A stretch of 64,000 nucleotides of DNA from positions 6,758,001 to 6,822,000 of the forward strand of contig CM052825.1 in NCBI GenBank assembly GCA_028534125.1, written 5' to 3'. Positions 14,001 through 26,409 of this stretch are shown here, one piece after another (within the stretch, counting starts at the first letter, position 1; every line of letters begins with the position of its first letter). Under the pieces are notes generated by a model that did no database searches, had not been told where the DNA came from, and saw only the letters and a program-made list of their open reading frames with translations. The position numbers and the translations under genes were made by a program. Source of the stretch: Lama glama (lineage: Eukaryota).

Positions 14001-17000
14001 CTCACTGGGCCTCCCCCTGCCCTGAGCTTCAGTTCTGTCAAAGGATAAATGTTGGTGTCCACGTTGCATCAGAGCAGCACAGTGTTTTTTCATACTGAGG
14101 GCTGTGATCCTTGACTCCTGGGTCATGAAATCAGTTTAGAAGTTGCAGATGTTTTTCCATGAAAAGAATAGACTAGAAAAGAGCAGAGTGCATCACACCC
14201 TGAATAACTATTTTGTGAAATTTCCTCTCAGTTTCTATATGGGCTGTGAGCTGGAGTCAGGCAAATCTGAAAAACGTTATGGTCCCTGGGCCCTGCTCTT
14301 AACACGTGTGAAGTTTGCATCTGTATATACTAAAAAATGAGTAGTAATGATACATGGTTGCATGTGCTTTGCACCAAATGAGCAGGATAGAGAGTGCTAT
14401 AAAGATAAATTCATAAAAATGGTTTGTGTGCCTTTTACCTCGCCCTCTCAGTTTCCTTATTTTTCATTTTGTGAAAGAGAAAATAGATTTTCTAGGTGAC
14501 TGAAATGAATAGAAACTTAATGTGGTGATACTCAGTTGTGCCACAAGGTGGCTTCTGTGCATCGCCGGGTTCTGGTGGAGATAAATCACTCAGGGTTTTT
14601 GGCTCTTCTCCTAAGAAGTGGTAAGGGGCAGTGGCTAGGAGTCCCGTTCTGTTGGAGTCCTCCCTTGTTGTCCATGCCGGTCTAGCAATTCAGTGAAGAA
14701 CGCCCTGTGATGTCGGACTCATGTCTGAATGATACCACAGGACGGCATGAAGGCAATTTGGATTATCATGAAGCCCTGAACCCCCAAAACGATGTATTCT
14801 AATGCCAGTGTTACTTGTTTTGACGTAGGCCTGCCTACCAAAGAAACCCAGGGTGATCTTAAGTGACTAAGTACATCAAGAGCAGTTTCTCAAGGTTGGG
14901 GAGGAGAAAAGAAGTGGTAAGGGACGTGGAGGTAACTAACTTCCTGTTACAAAATAAATGAGCCACAGGTATGAAATATATAGTGTGGGGAATATAGTCA
15001 ATAACTAATGTTTTTGTATGGTGACAGATGACAGCTGGACTTATCATGGTGGTCATTTTGAAGTGTATAGATATATCAAATCACTGCTTTGTGTCTCAGG
15101 AACTGATGTAGAATTCTGGGTCAATTATACTTCAGAGTAAACGAACGAACAAACTCATAGAAAAAAGACCAGATTTGTGGCTGCAGAGGCAAGCGGGTAG
15201 GAGGAAGGGGAATTAGATCTTCATCTAGTCAAAAGGTATAAACTTCTGGTTACAAATAAATAAGTACTGAGGCTGTAATGTACAACGTGACAAAGATAAT
15301 TAACACTGCTTTACATTATAAATGAATGTTGTTAAGAGAGTTCTCATCAAAAGGAAAAAAATTTCTTCTACTTTAATATTGTATCTATGTGAGATGATAG
15401 ATGTTCACTAAACCTATTGTAGTCATCATTTCAAAACTGAGTGAAGGGAAAAAAAAAAAACTCCAAAAAAAAACCCAAAAGACTGGGTGGGGAAAAAAGC
15501 AGTTTCTCAGCCTCAGCACTCTTGATGCTTTGGACCAGATAATTCTCTGTTGTAAGGGATTATATCCTGTTCATTGTAGGATATTGAACAACATCGTGGC
15601 TTCTACCCACTACATGCCAGCAGCACCCATCCTCCCCTCAGTCGCTGACAATTGAAAATGTCTCCAGGCTTTGCCACATGTTCCCTGGTCGGGGAGGGGG
15701 ACAAAATTTTCCCAAGCAATAAGATTCATATCTCAAGTAGGACCTGATGCTCAGAAGGCACTCAGTTTGTGTTTTGTATTGAACTAGTTGTTTCAGTGCC
15801 AAAATTCTTGTACATACGATGTTGGAAAACTATCCATATCCGTTGTCTTTTGAGAATAAAGGTAACATATGATCATTTTAGAAATTTTTAGAATATGCAG
15901 AAAAGAATAAAGTCAGAAATTTAAATTATCTATAATTCTTACTAAAAAAATCACTAGCATTTTCATATTTATTTCAATTTTTAGTATTTATTATATAAAC
16001 CTATTTATGTAATTACCATATTTATAGTTGTTCTAATTTTATCATATAACATTGCATCACAAATATTTTCACATGTCCTTGCAATTTCGTAGTACAAGGA
16101 AGGATTTTTGTCCCCCCTAGTCTGTTCACTCATCTAGTTTAAAAAAAAAGTTAATGTCAGTTCTACTTAAAACTCAGTGCTGTTTTACCTAGTATTCCTA
16201 TGATCTGTGAATAAAATCTCAGGTTCCTAGATTTTAAGATACTATGTAAACAATAGTATAAGTAATAAAAGCTCAAACATCATCATCCTAATCTTTCACC
16301 TATCCATTTTCTTTTAATCTCTCCATATGCACATGTCATTTGTATATCGTTATAGTGTATGAATAGTTTTCCATTTTGCTTATTTTACTTAACATTATAA
16401 GCATTTCCAGTCCTTCATAATTGTTTCAGTGACTCATAATATCCAGCAATTGACATATCGTGATATCCCTAACCCTCTCCTTTTTGTTAGATACTGGATT
16501 GATTCCAGTGTTTTTCTTCTTTGGAAGATATTTTATTGAATTTATGTACCTGTCTCCCTTCCCGCTTTCTGGGTCATTTCCTTAAGATAAATTTCCAGCA
16601 GTGGGAATTACTAGACCACAGAGTATAAAAAGATTTCATAGTTCTTGAAATGTATTGCCAGTTTCTTTCCGAAGGAATGGCACCAGTTTTTACTGCTGTC
16701 AGCAGTGTGCAATGGTGTACACTTTTACTGTCTCCTTGCCAGCACTGGCTTTTAAAAATTATTCCTCCACAGGAATAAGAATGTGACTTCAGAGGAAGTC
16801 AGTCTCATTGAGGGTTTAGTAACAACCTTATAACAATATCGATCCCGATCTGGCAGAACTATGGTAGCAGCCTCCACTCTCTTCCTCGCCGACCCCCACG
16901 CCACCCACCTTGTACAGCCTCCCTCCAAAGCTCTTGTTAAAACAGGGATTGGATTGTCATTTGTTCTCCTCCTAATATAATAAGTATTTAGCATCTATTG

Positions 17001-20000
17001 AACATTTATCATGTAGCCCCAGTTCTAAGTGGTTTGCAGGTATTAACTAACATAATCCTCACAGCGGCCCTGTGAGACAGGCAGTGATGTTATCCCCATC
17101 TTACAACTGAGGGATCCTAGGGAACAAGTGGTAACAGCACCCGCAGAGCTAGTGGGAGTGAGTGAGGGGCCGGGATCTGATCCCAGATGGTGCGTCTCCG
17201 CCGCCTTGTGCTTACCCACGAGGTGATCTTGCTTGAACCCTCGTCAGCAGCCCCTCATTTCCGCCCGTGCTGGGGTCTCCACCATTGTGTTCTGGCCACT
17301 CCCTTGCATGTTTCCTCCGCTCTTGCCAAGCTTACGCCTCTGTTCTCCCACCTCCCTGTATGTGCTCAGGCCTCTGTGCTCTTTCTTTTTCTTGCTCCCT
17401 CACTCCCCATCTGCCTGGAAAGCTGCTTCTCATCTTGCACTTCCTCCCTTAGTAAAGCCTTTCCTAACGTCTCTCACCACCCCAGCCTCCACCTTGCTCC
17501 CAGAGGGTTTTGCACATGCTTGGTTATAGAATCTGCTAAATCACATCATGTGCTTATCTATTCACCTGCAGTCTCAGTTCCATGAGGGTAGGCAGTGTCT
17601 TCTTTTTTTAATTAAAAAACTGTTTTAGAATGGTTTTAGATTTATAGAAATAGTGCAGAGATAGTATAGTACAAAGAATTCCCATATACCCAGTTTTTCT
17701 TGTTAACGTCTTAAGTTAATGTGGTTCATTTGTCACAACTGATAAACCAATATTGAAAATACTGATACGTGTATTAGTTAAAGCCCATACTTTACATTTC
17801 TTTAATTTTTTTACCTAATGCCTTTTTCTTGTTCCAGAATCCCATCCAGGATATCACATTACATTTACTCATCATGTATCCTTAGGTTCCTGTTGGCGCT
17901 GATGGTTTCTCACTCTGTTTTGATGACCCTGAGAGGTTTGAGGGTCAGGTGTTGTGTCAAATGTCCCTCAGTTTGAATTTTTCTGATGTTTTTCTCATGA
18001 TTGGACTGGAGTTGTTTATCTTGGGGAGGAAGACCACAGAGATATGTGCCATTCTTATGTCAGGGCGGGATCCTTGTCAAGATGACTTGTCACTGTGGAT
18101 TTGATCTTGAGCGGCTGCTCAGGCTGTGCCCATCAGGGTTCTCCACCTTAAAGTTGCTCTTTTCTTCCCCCTTCCCACGCTTTGCACTTCGGAAAGTGGT
18201 GACTGTGCGCAGCCCACACTGAAGGAGTGGGGGTGCTGTGCACTCCCTCCATGAGGATGGAGGGGCTGCGTGAGTTGCTGGGAACTCTTCTGCACAGGGT
18301 TGCCTCTCCTCCCTCATTTCTTCCTTTATACCAGCATGGACTCAGGGATATTTATTTTGCACTTCAGGTTTAACCCGGTACTACTCTTCTTGCTCAGACT
18401 GGTCCAGCTTTGGCCATTGGGAGCTCTTTCATTTGGCTCCTGTGTTCCTTTTACATTCTCCCATCATTGTGGGGTGTTGGGGGGTTTTGTTTTTAACAGC
18501 ACTTCCTGACTTCCTGGTACCACAAGGTAGTCCATACTTACCTTGAGTATTTCCTGCCCCTCACCTAGAATCAGCCATCTCTCCAAGAGTCCTTTTCTTT
18601 TTTATTAGAGACTGAAATAATTTTGTTGTATTACCAAATGATTTGAATGAGCCCCAGATTCCTAGGTTTCTCCTCTTTGAGAGTGATACTTCAAAGCCCC
18701 AACAACGTCTCCTACACACAGAATCAACTGTTTACTATTAAGGGAGGCACTACATTTTCAGGAGTTTGTCAGCCACAAGAAATTCTTTGAGCCCTCCTCT
18801 GTTAATCAGCATCTCGGGCCTCCAGAACACCCCATTCCACAAACATCCACGTTAATGAGCATTTTACTGTTTCTTTAAGATCAGAAGGAACGGTCAGATC
18901 CTATGCTCTCGTTCTGCTGTGCGCAGACCTATGTGGATATGGTTGGTGGTTCTTAGAGAGGCTTGATGCTGACAGAATGTGACTAAGTTATGGAACAAAA
19001 CACATAATCAGCAGCTTCAGCCTTGGAGCCCAGACTCTAGAGCGGAGCCCCCAGCTGGTGTGTGAGGAGTGAACCCAAGTGGCAGAGACCCTGATGCTCT
19101 CGCCTTCGGGGTGGAGACGGGGCCCACGGCCTCGGACCAGTTGCCCCACGCGCCATAGAAATGTTCTTTTCCACACGCGCCCCGACATGGGAGTGTGGGG
19201 AGTACTGGCCCTAGGGTCCAGGGAGCTCGAGCTTTGCTTTTGATCCGTCTCTAGTTTTTCACTCAGTCTCTCCTTAGCATCTTTTTTCTTTCTTTTAATT
19301 TTTCTTTTATCTTTTTTCTTTCTTGTTTAAAATTTTGGTAAAATACGCATAACACAAAATGTACCATCTTAGCCAGTTTTAAGTGTACAGTTCAGGGGTA
19401 CTAGTCACACTGTTGTGCAGCCGTTGTCATCACATCATCATCTATCCTCAGGATGCTTTTCATCGTGTAAAACAAAAGCTATCTGTTCAACAACAACCCC
19501 TGGTCCCTGCTCCCCCCAGCACCTGGCAGCCCCCCTTCTCTTTCTGTCTCTGAATCTGCTACTCTGAGTACCTCATGTAAGAGAAACCATAGAGAACTTG
19601 CTGTTCTGTGACTGGCCCGTTTCACTGACAGTAACGTCCTTGGGGTTCATCCATGTTGCAGTCTTTGTCAGAATTTCCTTCCTTTTTGGGGCTGAATCTT
19701 TGCACCACGTGGCTGGACCACATTTTGCTCACCCATCCCGTGTGCTGACCTCATTCCTGTTTTCACCTCATTTTTCTTTTGCCTCTGTTTCCTTATTGCA
19801 TTTCTGCAAGCAAGGTAGGCAGAGGCTTAGAAAGTCAGTCCAGGTTTGAAACCTGGGTACTGGTTTTGCTGATTATGAGGCCTTGGGTAGCAGATTACTT
19901 AACCTCACTGAGCTTCATTCCTCACCTCTGAAATGGATATATAGTGGCGATACTTATCTCATAGACCGTCCTTAGAATTAGACAGGACAGCAAGTGTATG

Positions 20001-21188
20001 CAAAGACTTAGCCCAGTGCCTGGCACAGTGTTCAGCAAGTCTTAGCTGCTGAAGCATGCTCATCCTGTGTACTTTCAGAGCTTCTCATTCTTTTTGGCAT
20101 GAGGTTGAGAAGGAGGAGGATCCTAAATTAAATAGAGCTGATTTCAACCCACTGCCATGAGTGTGCTTTAGTGTCCTGCCCTAGGGTGTGAAGGTGAATT
20201 TGAGACTGTGCTGCGCCCTGGGCACCCCAAGGCCTCCCGTCTTGAAGCTCTCTGTCTGGCCCTGAGATGACAGCACTAGCAAAGCTCTGGGTGTCCGTGG
20301 GCTCTGGTGCTGGAGTGAGTTCCTGCACGTGCGCAGGAGGGGGCCCAGGTGAGCCCACTGTGCCTGCAAGTGGCTGCCTGGAATGGCCTGTGAGCCAGAG
20401 GACTGGTACTGCCTTGTAGGCTCTGGTTCTCCCTCGTTCCAGCTGTCGCCCACTGCCCTGATCCCAGGGAGGGGTGGCAGGGAGGAGTTGGGAACAAGTT
20501 GTCTTTGTGCTCTGTTTTTGGCCCACTCATCTGCACCGTGGGTACTAGTAGTCATGCCAGGGGAGACACTGGGATTCAGAGCTGCGCGTGGAGTGTCAGA
20601 GGGTTTCTGGGGCTGTAGGAAGAGCTGGGAGGCTGGCATATTTGTTGTGGGCAGAGCCCTCTGCTACACAGTTTTTGAAAATCCTTTTGCAGACTGGGGT
20701 GAGAGCCAGAGATGTCAGCAGGAGTGTTAAATGTTAAAGGGCTGTTGGGAATGTTGCCCTGCCAAGGTGATGGACTTTGCAGGGAGAGTGGTGCGGGCAT
20801 ATAAAAAGCACTGAGGCCCAGTTTATGGGGCATCAGGATCTCGTGTGTGCTGGACCTTTTTGTCAGGACGAGGTCCACCCAGCAGCAGTGGTGGGTCAGT
20901 TCTGTAACTGGCCCTTTATGTCCGGAAGTGGCGTTGGGGACTGACGGTCTTGACTGCCGCTCTGGCTTCTCACTGTGCAGTCCAGAAACAACTGGTTCCT
21001 GGGTTCTCTTCAGCAAGCCTTTGTTAAAGTGCCCCTTGCTTCTGAGTGAATGTGTGTATCCCTAATGCAAATGTCGTCTGCTGTCAGGATCCAGTCAGTC
21101 CCAGGAGCAGCGATCCAGTAGCTCTGAGGAGGCATCTGGAACGGAGGAGGAAGAGGAGGACCAGCCCAGCTTCATCATGGGGCGGTGA
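1702..21188 (+). CDS. PRKRIP1: PRKR-interacting protein 1 (spliceosome-associated, DUF1168 family), 186 aa; join(1702..1827,2535..2613,3416..3516,6364..6449,7311..7378,21088..21188)
   Basis: Exons translate to [42 protein letters not shown] / [26 protein letters not shown] / [34 protein letters not shown] / [29 protein letters not shown] / [22 protein letters not shown] / [33 protein letters not shown]. All introns are GT-AG and 126+79+101+86+68+101=561 nt stays in frame. Confidence 0.96.
3641..3772 (+). mobile_element. tRNA-derived SINE (camelid Vic-1-like)
   Basis: A-box GGTATAGCTCAGAGGTAGAGC, B-box-like GAATTCAAACCC, tail aataaacctaattacctcccccc plus an A/T-rich end. TSD aagttagga at 3628-3636 and 3773-3781. 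Confidence 0.85.
5358..5494 (-). mobile_element. tRNA-derived SINE (Vic-1-like)
   Basis: Reverse complement reads GGGGGAGGGTATAGCTCAAGCTGTAGCGCACATGC...GGTCCTGGGTTCAGTCCC...cctaattacctcccccc with an (AAAC)n tail. Confidence 0.85.
5655..6050 (+). mobile_element. MER21-like LTR fragment
   Basis: ggaggcttcatta..gattaaatcgttgacc..cctccctggaggtc..ggctgaaagttcc..gaccaaatatatgtttcttattata..caatatcaca matches the MER21 pattern as I recall it. Confidence 0.6.
6924..7035 (+). pseudogene. RNU6 (pseudogene): Retroposed U6 snRNA pseudogene in PRKRIP1 intron 4
   Basis: Near full-length U6 (GTGCTCACTTAGGCAGCACATATACTAAAATTGGAAC...GGATGACATGCAAATTTGTGAAGTGCTCCAT) with about 10 substitutions and an A10 tail. 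It has a 14-bp TSD aaaaatagtcccta (6910-6923 / 7031-7044) and no Pol III type-3 promoter. Confidence 0.95.
7495..8330. mobile_element. MLT1-type (ERVL-MaLR) LTR fragments
   Basis: Motifs ttgcaagtgtcaggaaaccaaactggtttaagc and ggctgcaagaagtagaaaactcaactagcagtag..tatctcattggtcag are typical of old MLT1 LTRs. Confidence 0.5.
10345..11020 (-). mobile_element. Younger 5'-truncated L1 3' end (ORF2 C-terminus + 3'UTR) nested in the older L1
   Basis: ORF 10822..11049 gives [45 protein letters not shown] (L1 ORF2 C-terminus). A poly-T tail is at 10345. Confidence 0.85.
10775..10870. repeat. (TG)n microsatellite with a tandem duplication of the following about 30 bp
   Basis: (tg)n-tacgtacatctttatccattcatct then (tg)n-tacatctttatccgttcctct. 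Confidence 0.8.
11085..11225 (-). mobile_element. tRNA-derived SINE (Vic-1-like)
   Basis: Reverse complement GAGGGTATAGCTCAGTGGTAGAGTGCATGCTTAGCATGCACAAGGTCCTGGGTTCAATCTCCAGTACCTCC. 17-bp TSD aagaggagaatagtctt (11068-11084) / aagatgagaataatctt (11226-11242). Confidence 0.9.
14080..14320. mobile_element. hAT-Charlie-like non-autonomous DNA transposon
   Basis: cagtg..gggtcatgaaatcagtttag..gaatagactagaaaagagcagagtgcatcacac..ttttgtgaaatt resembles Charlie4-type MITEs. Confidence 0.45.
14895..15480 (+). mobile_element. L1MA-like 3' UTR fragment
   Basis: aacttcctgttacaaaataaatgagccacagg..atagtcaataact..tggtgacagatg..aggtataaacttctggttacaaataaataagtact.. followed by an A-rich tail. Confidence 0.75.
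15500..15713 (+). mobile_element. MER20 (hAT-Charlie MITE)
   Basis: cagtttctcagcctcagcactcttgatgctttggaccagataattctctgttgt..ctacccactacatgccagcagcaccc..aaaatgtctccagg..tgttccctgg. Confidence 0.8.
16975..17200 (-). mobile_element. MIR SINE
   Basis: attaactaacataatcctcacagcggccctgtgagacaggcagtgatgttatccccatcttacaactgagg (MIR core). Confidence 0.7.
17605..18620 (-). mobile_element. L1MC-like 3' end
   Basis: ttttagatttatagaaatagtgcagagatagt..cccatccaggatatcacattacattt..ctagaatcagccatctctccaagagtcc pattern. Confidence 0.7.
19290..19740 (-). mobile_element. L1MB-like 3' end
   Basis: ggtaaaatacgcataacacaaaatgtaccatcttagccagttttaagtgtacagttcag..tgtcagaatttccttccttttt. Confidence 0.75.
19820..20050 (+). 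mobile_element. MIR SINE
   Basis: ttacttaacctcactgagcttcattcctcacctctgaaatgg..gcccagtgcctggcacagtg. Confidence 0.7.
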
Positions 21189-22264
21189 CGATGTTGCCAC
21201 AGCAGCTGTCAGGAGCGTGGCCCGTTCTGTGACTGGGCCTCAGGAAACCCTCCACACGCCCCGAGGGGAAGGGACCTCTGTTTCAGCTCAGTTTCCCTAC
21301 CAAAGCCTTGATGGATAGAAGCAAGCGGGAACCCATCAGAGGGCTCACAGCCCCACTATCGGAGAGAGGACCGTCTCCTGGACACTCGAGGGCACTGCCA
21401 AGCACGGTTTGTTCACATTCCCGCTAAAAGGAAGGAAAATGTATAACCTGTGAACCACTGGTGCCTGTTCTCACATAATTGGATGGTGATGAGTTTGGGG
21501 CTGGCTTCTGAAAGGAAATGTTTATTCAGTAAAGAACAAAAAACTTCAGGTTTTGTTCAGACCGGTGATATGATTGCAGAAGCTGTCATGAAGGCTGTGA
21601 ATGACATGATGGGAACAGGGCCTGTTCCTAGACCCATACAGAAATGGCCTTGGCCCTGGAGCTAACTCGCAGTGCAGGGCGCACGGCCTCCCTCTCCTTC
21701 AGCAGAGGGTGCACACTGCACCCCAGAAGGCGTGCTCCCGCCCAGCAGCTCCCAGCACACAGTGCAAAGGGGGACGTAGGACTTAACCATGGGCCGAGCT
21801 AGAAGAGAGGACCTTGATGTGTGACAATAAGCAGGCAGAGAATCCAGGTGGGGCTGGACCAGAGCAGATGATCCGGGGAATGAATCCTCACTGCACTGCA
21901 GGGAGGCGGATGAATTGGCCAAAAGCTGTATTTTCATCTGGAGGTAAAGGGGCTCTAAACAGAAAATGAGAGGTGACTGAGGGCAACTTTCAGGCCAACA
22001 GAAAGGAGAGATGGTTTCTAATTAGAGCCTTTGCTCACTTTTTGGATATCTCCAAGTTTCTAGGTTTATTTTGTACCTTTTATGGAGTTTGATACAATTA
22101 AGAAAAATAGTTTCCCTTCACTCAAAGCCACTGAGAAACATCTTTTTTTTTCGTTCCCTGGCCCTACCCTGAGCCATGTGACATCTGTGATAGCTTCTGT
22201 CTTTCCTCAGTTCAAGTCACAGGAATTTTTCTTTCCCAGGAAGCTGAAGTGGAGAGTCAGCCCT

Positions 22265-22270
22265 AATAAA
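22265..22270 (+). terminator. Candidate polyadenylation signal (AATAAA) of PRKRIP1
   Basis: First canonical AATAAA I found after the stop at 21188 (3'UTR about 1.1 kb). A variant AGTAAA lies at 21528-21533. Confidence 0.55.
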
Positions 22271-22778
22271 TTAGCACACACCCTGACTGTACATTTTGAA
22301 AGCCATGTTCCTCTTTCATCAGGGTCTGGCTAGTCAGTTTTGTGTCCTATCTTTGAACTGTTGGTTTCCTTTTCTCCCCCCACAGTATGTGTCATAACTC
22401 CTGCTTTGAATTTGCAGCCTGGATCCTGTGGGCATTCTCTCACGCACTGGAGGCTGTTGAGGGGGCCGGAGTGTGGAACCTGGAGCCCTGGGTTTGAGTC
22501 CTGACCCTGACGAGACAGGAAGCTTTGGGCAAGTCACCCCCTGCCTCTGCCAGGGACCTCAGGCCTGGGGTACCTGGTATCTTAATGAGATACCGCAGCA
22601 GGTGTGTGCGGACAGGTTGGGGAATGACTAGACAAATGGGAAGATGCCAGATGGAGGTTTGTTTTTTCACCTTTACTTGATGTCAGAAGATGATGTTCGG
22701 GGGAGAATGTCCTGCAGCAGTTTCTGGTGATTTTTAGGGGGCTGGCAGCACCTTAGGTTGAATGACTCTTGGTCTTTC

Positions 22779-24871
22779 TGTTTACCACACAAACGTGGAT
22801 GCACTCACCCAACACGCAGCAAAGCCCGTCTATGGCCGCCAGGTTGTGGTAATGGGGGCTGGGCCTTTTGAACGTGAGCTGCCCAAACCCCCCAGTGGCT
22901 TTCTGGTAAGGAATTTTAAAGACTGAGGGAGAGGGTCACAGGGTGTGTGGGCAGCTCATGTACAGTTCTGATTGGTTGATGGTGAATAGCAGGATGATGA
23001 TTTAGGAATCTCAGTCAACAGCCTTCTGGTTCCAACCAGTCTGGCTGGGGTTTATGTGCTGGTGGTCAGCATGCAGTTAACTTCCTCCACCTGTTGGGGG
23101 TCTTAATAGCTGCAAAATAACAAGGGTGTGGCTCAGTATTTACCTATAGCCCTCGAGGAGGAACTAAAGCTCCTTGACTTTATTATAGGGCTAAACTATT
23201 GTCGCTTGACTGCTTTCCTTTGTGCATTTTCTCACGTCTGATTAAATTTGCTCTTTGGAACTGCAAGGAAGGCCTTAGAGGCTAAAGCTTTTCTACAGAT
23301 GGGCCACGGGGTGGGGATGGAGGTGCTGCAGGGTCTTGCTTGGTTTCAGTCTCTTACTTACTACTTCTCAATCCTGAAAGAACAGGGGCCATGACCACTC
23401 TGGCTACTGGTGCTGACTGAAGGACAAGGTCACTTTTTCAGAATTACAGAGAAGAGAGTCACTGACTTGCATTTTTAAGCACTCTCAAGTTGCTTAGCGT
23501 CATTATTTTGTATTATGAAAACATTACCTCTCTTTGATCGGTTTGTCTAGCACCTGGACAGACACTTGAAAACGAGCAGACACGTTACTTTGTTGGGTGC
23601 CCCAAGAGTCCTCCTAGTCCAGATGGCAACCAGGAAAGTAAGTTTTGGGGTGGGTCCTCTTTATGTACTTTCTGTAATCAAGTACCCTTTTGAATTAATT
23701 CTGTTTATTTGGATTTCTGCTTCTCCAGGGGTATAATATATACAGGGAGCTATTGGCCACTACACATGTTTTTTTGTTGTCAAAATATAATTTAAAGCAA
23801 TTTTATTATCTAATACTAGTCTGACTGAAGAGTCTAGTTGCCTTCTGCTGGAAGGTTGCACCCCAAGCCTTCTCCTTTCTTGCTGTTCCTGAAGAGAACG
23901 GTTTTAGAGTTACTAGAGGAGAGCAACCACAAAGCTGCAGTTAGCAGCTAACGTTGTTCTGAGAATGGCTGGTGGTGTCTTTGACTCAGATACAATTGAG
24001 AAAATTCACGTTCTCAGTAACACAGGAACATGTCTGAAACCAGATCCATAATGGCCACCCAGAGATCATTTTGGATGCCTGAACCACAGTTAATTCATTT
24101 TGATTTTTTAAATGTATTCTTTTCTTTAAAGCAGGCAGTGTATGTTTGGTAAAGTTAGAACAGCCTGTTTTGTGGCCTGAGGTAAGTCATGTATAAGCCA
24201 GGATGACTGCTCCACACCTCAATATGCGAACATTTCCTCCATCATTTTCCCCCTTTTTGTTTGCAAGTGTTAGAAAGCATTGATAATCAAAACATTTGGT
24301 GCTGGATGCCAGGGTGGTTTCCGCTTGCCCTGGGTCCATCACATCCCTCCATGCTAGGCCTCTTTTTTGTTTATATATATTTGCCTAGTTATCCACATCA
24401 GGGGAAACTTGGACAGTGAACATTTTACAGGCTATACATTTTATCAGTTATATTAAACTGTCACACGAACATTGTACGTACACTTTTAGGAGTAGACTTG
24501 AAGCAAGCAGTGATACATGTCCTGAGTAGTTACTCTTAATTTCACTAGAGAATTTTCTTCTATCCTGAATACTGGGGTTAGAAGTGAAACAGCTTTCCCG
24601 TTTGGTAGGGAGACAGACATTTGGAAAACAGTTCAATTGAATTAGGATTGAGGAGGAACTAAAAGGTCCTTGACTTTGTTTTGTGGCTAAACTATGATTT
24701 TTTCTTGCTTGACTGCTTTCCTTTGTTTCTGCATTTTCTCACTTCTGATTAAATTTACCCTTGGGAACTCAGGGAAGGCCTAGTAAACTGGAGTTTTTCT
24801 ACAGACAAGAGGTGGGGGACGTTGGGGGCGCCCTGTCCCCAGGAGGCCCCCCAGGATCCTGCTCAGTTTCA
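22779..24871 (-). mobile_element. ERV1-like element A: full LTR 22779-23348, internal remnant, partial second LTR about 24650-24871
   Basis: Direct repeat gaggaggaactaaa..ccttgacttt..gctaaacta..gactgctttcctttg..gcattttctcac.tctgattaaattt..ggaaggcc..ttctacaga..gtttca at 23155-23348 and 24650-24871. TG...CA termini and a 4-bp TSD TTTC (22775-22778 / 24872-24875). Confidence 0.8.
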
Positions 24872-25991
24872 TTTCTTCAGGGTATCGTTTGGGAAAAGGG
24901 ATTAATTAGATGTCATCAGTGAGAAGGGGGTGAGACACTCACCCCTCAAAAAAAGCCGTGATTGGGGAAGAATCATTAAGTAATGCCCTTGTGACTGTTA
25001 CCAAACCAGGATACAGCAAGCCAGGACATCGAGGTGCCAGGGTTTGTAGCAAAGGGAGCCGGGCAGCCAAGCAAGGAGACAGAATAAGTCTCAGATTCAC
25101 CTCCTAGAAGGCAAGGGGCTCCAGGTATTTATGGGATAAAGAATAAAGAAGCAAGGCAGTCTGAGGCTTGTGAGGCATGGGGCTAGGTGGCTGGGGAAAG
25201 GTGCAGTGACCATCATTCTGTGCAGGTGTATCTAAGCTTCAAGCCTCTGCACGGTCAAAAATGGAGGTGCTTAACACAATGTGGGGGTGGCCGCTTGGCG
25301 TCAAGAGGTCACCAAGCAGACACACAGCCCAGTTGGCGGCTCAGTGGTCCTATCCAGTCTTAACTAGCTCAGCTCAAACCAGACACAGCTGACTCCAAGC
25401 TCCTGGAAAACAACTGGGGCAAACCTTGTGTAGCCCACCTGCTGCCTGGAGGACATGCAAGTCCTAAAACAAATGACCTTGACTAGTGAAGGCAGGTGAA
25501 ATGGACTTGACTGGTCATTACCCACAGTTCCAGTCCCTCCTATCTTTTGTCATTCCTGTCTTGAGGGATGAGGGGGCGTTGACTGCTCTGGTTACTTCCT
25601 GACCCTAACAAGGCCTGGAGGAATGAAACTGGCACTCATTTGAAAACATTCTCTTGTTCTGAGTTTCAAGTTAGCATTCTGATAGCAATAAACAAATACC
25701 ACCTATGTGCCAGCTGTCATAGGCCCAAGATTGGTCATTAAAACCGTGAAGATGTACCCTGAGGGGGCACACATTGTTAAACTTTAGGCTTTTTTAGGGA
25801 TTTTATATCCAGGACATTGTCAAGCCAGAGGTCGGTGTCTCACATTTTTACATGCTGGAGTGTCCCGATCATTATCAGTTTGGCTGAAACACTTAGATAC
25901 TAAATATGGAAGGAACACAGGCTGGGAAAAATAAGTATGGTTTCTACAGTATCCTCACCGAATAGAAACTTGCCAGGGTAGGCTCCAGGGT

Positions 25992-26119
25992 CTTTTCTTT
26001 GGGGGGAGTTTTGGGGGATAGGGCAGGCAATTAGTTTTTTTAAGTGGAGGTACTGGGGGTTGAACCCAGGACCTCATGCATGCTAGGCATGCACTCTACC
26101 ACTGAGCTATATTCTCCCC
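25992..26119 (-). mobile_element. tRNA-derived SINE (Vic-1-like) inserted in the env remnant of provirus B
   Basis: Reverse complement GGGGAGAATATAGCTCAGTGGTAGAGTGCATGCCTAGCATGCATGAGGTCCTGGGTTCAACCCCCAGTACCTCC. Confidence 0.88.
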
Positions 26120-26409
26120 ACTTTTTTAAAATCTGAGGACATAGGGACCAAATTTCAGCTTAGAGGAGGAAAAGCAGAGGACAGGAAATTCTGTTGATTA
26201 GCCTAATCCAGTATGTCACATCAGAAGTCACAGTGAAGTTAGGGACAGTCAGAAAATTAATGACAGGCATGACCAAGGAATCAGCATGATCCAGTACAGA
26301 AAAAGGGTTTGGTGACAACGTTCACCAGCTAGAGAGATTACCTGCTTTTGCCCAAGTTTGCCAAGTCCTCACCACTGAGTTGTCCTTCCAAGCCTTAGTT
26401 TCTTTCTTG

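Noticed and set aside
14700-14782. Possible C/D-box snoRNA (GTGATGT..CTGA..ATGATA..CTGA) in PRKRIP1 intron 5
   Set aside because: The C box is imperfect, there is no terminal stem and I recognise no rRNA/snRNA guide. A snoscan/Rfam search would be needed.
20800-20808. Perfect TATAAAAAG in PRKRIP1 intron 5 (also TATAAAAA at about 37572)
   Set aside because: Isolated motifs are expected by chance in 64 kb, and there is no supporting CpG island or ORF.
25550-26400. Possible captured env (syncytin-like) gene
   Set aside because: Only short frameshifted SU-like fragments remain, interrupted by a SINE. There is no ORF, furin site, ISD or TM domain.
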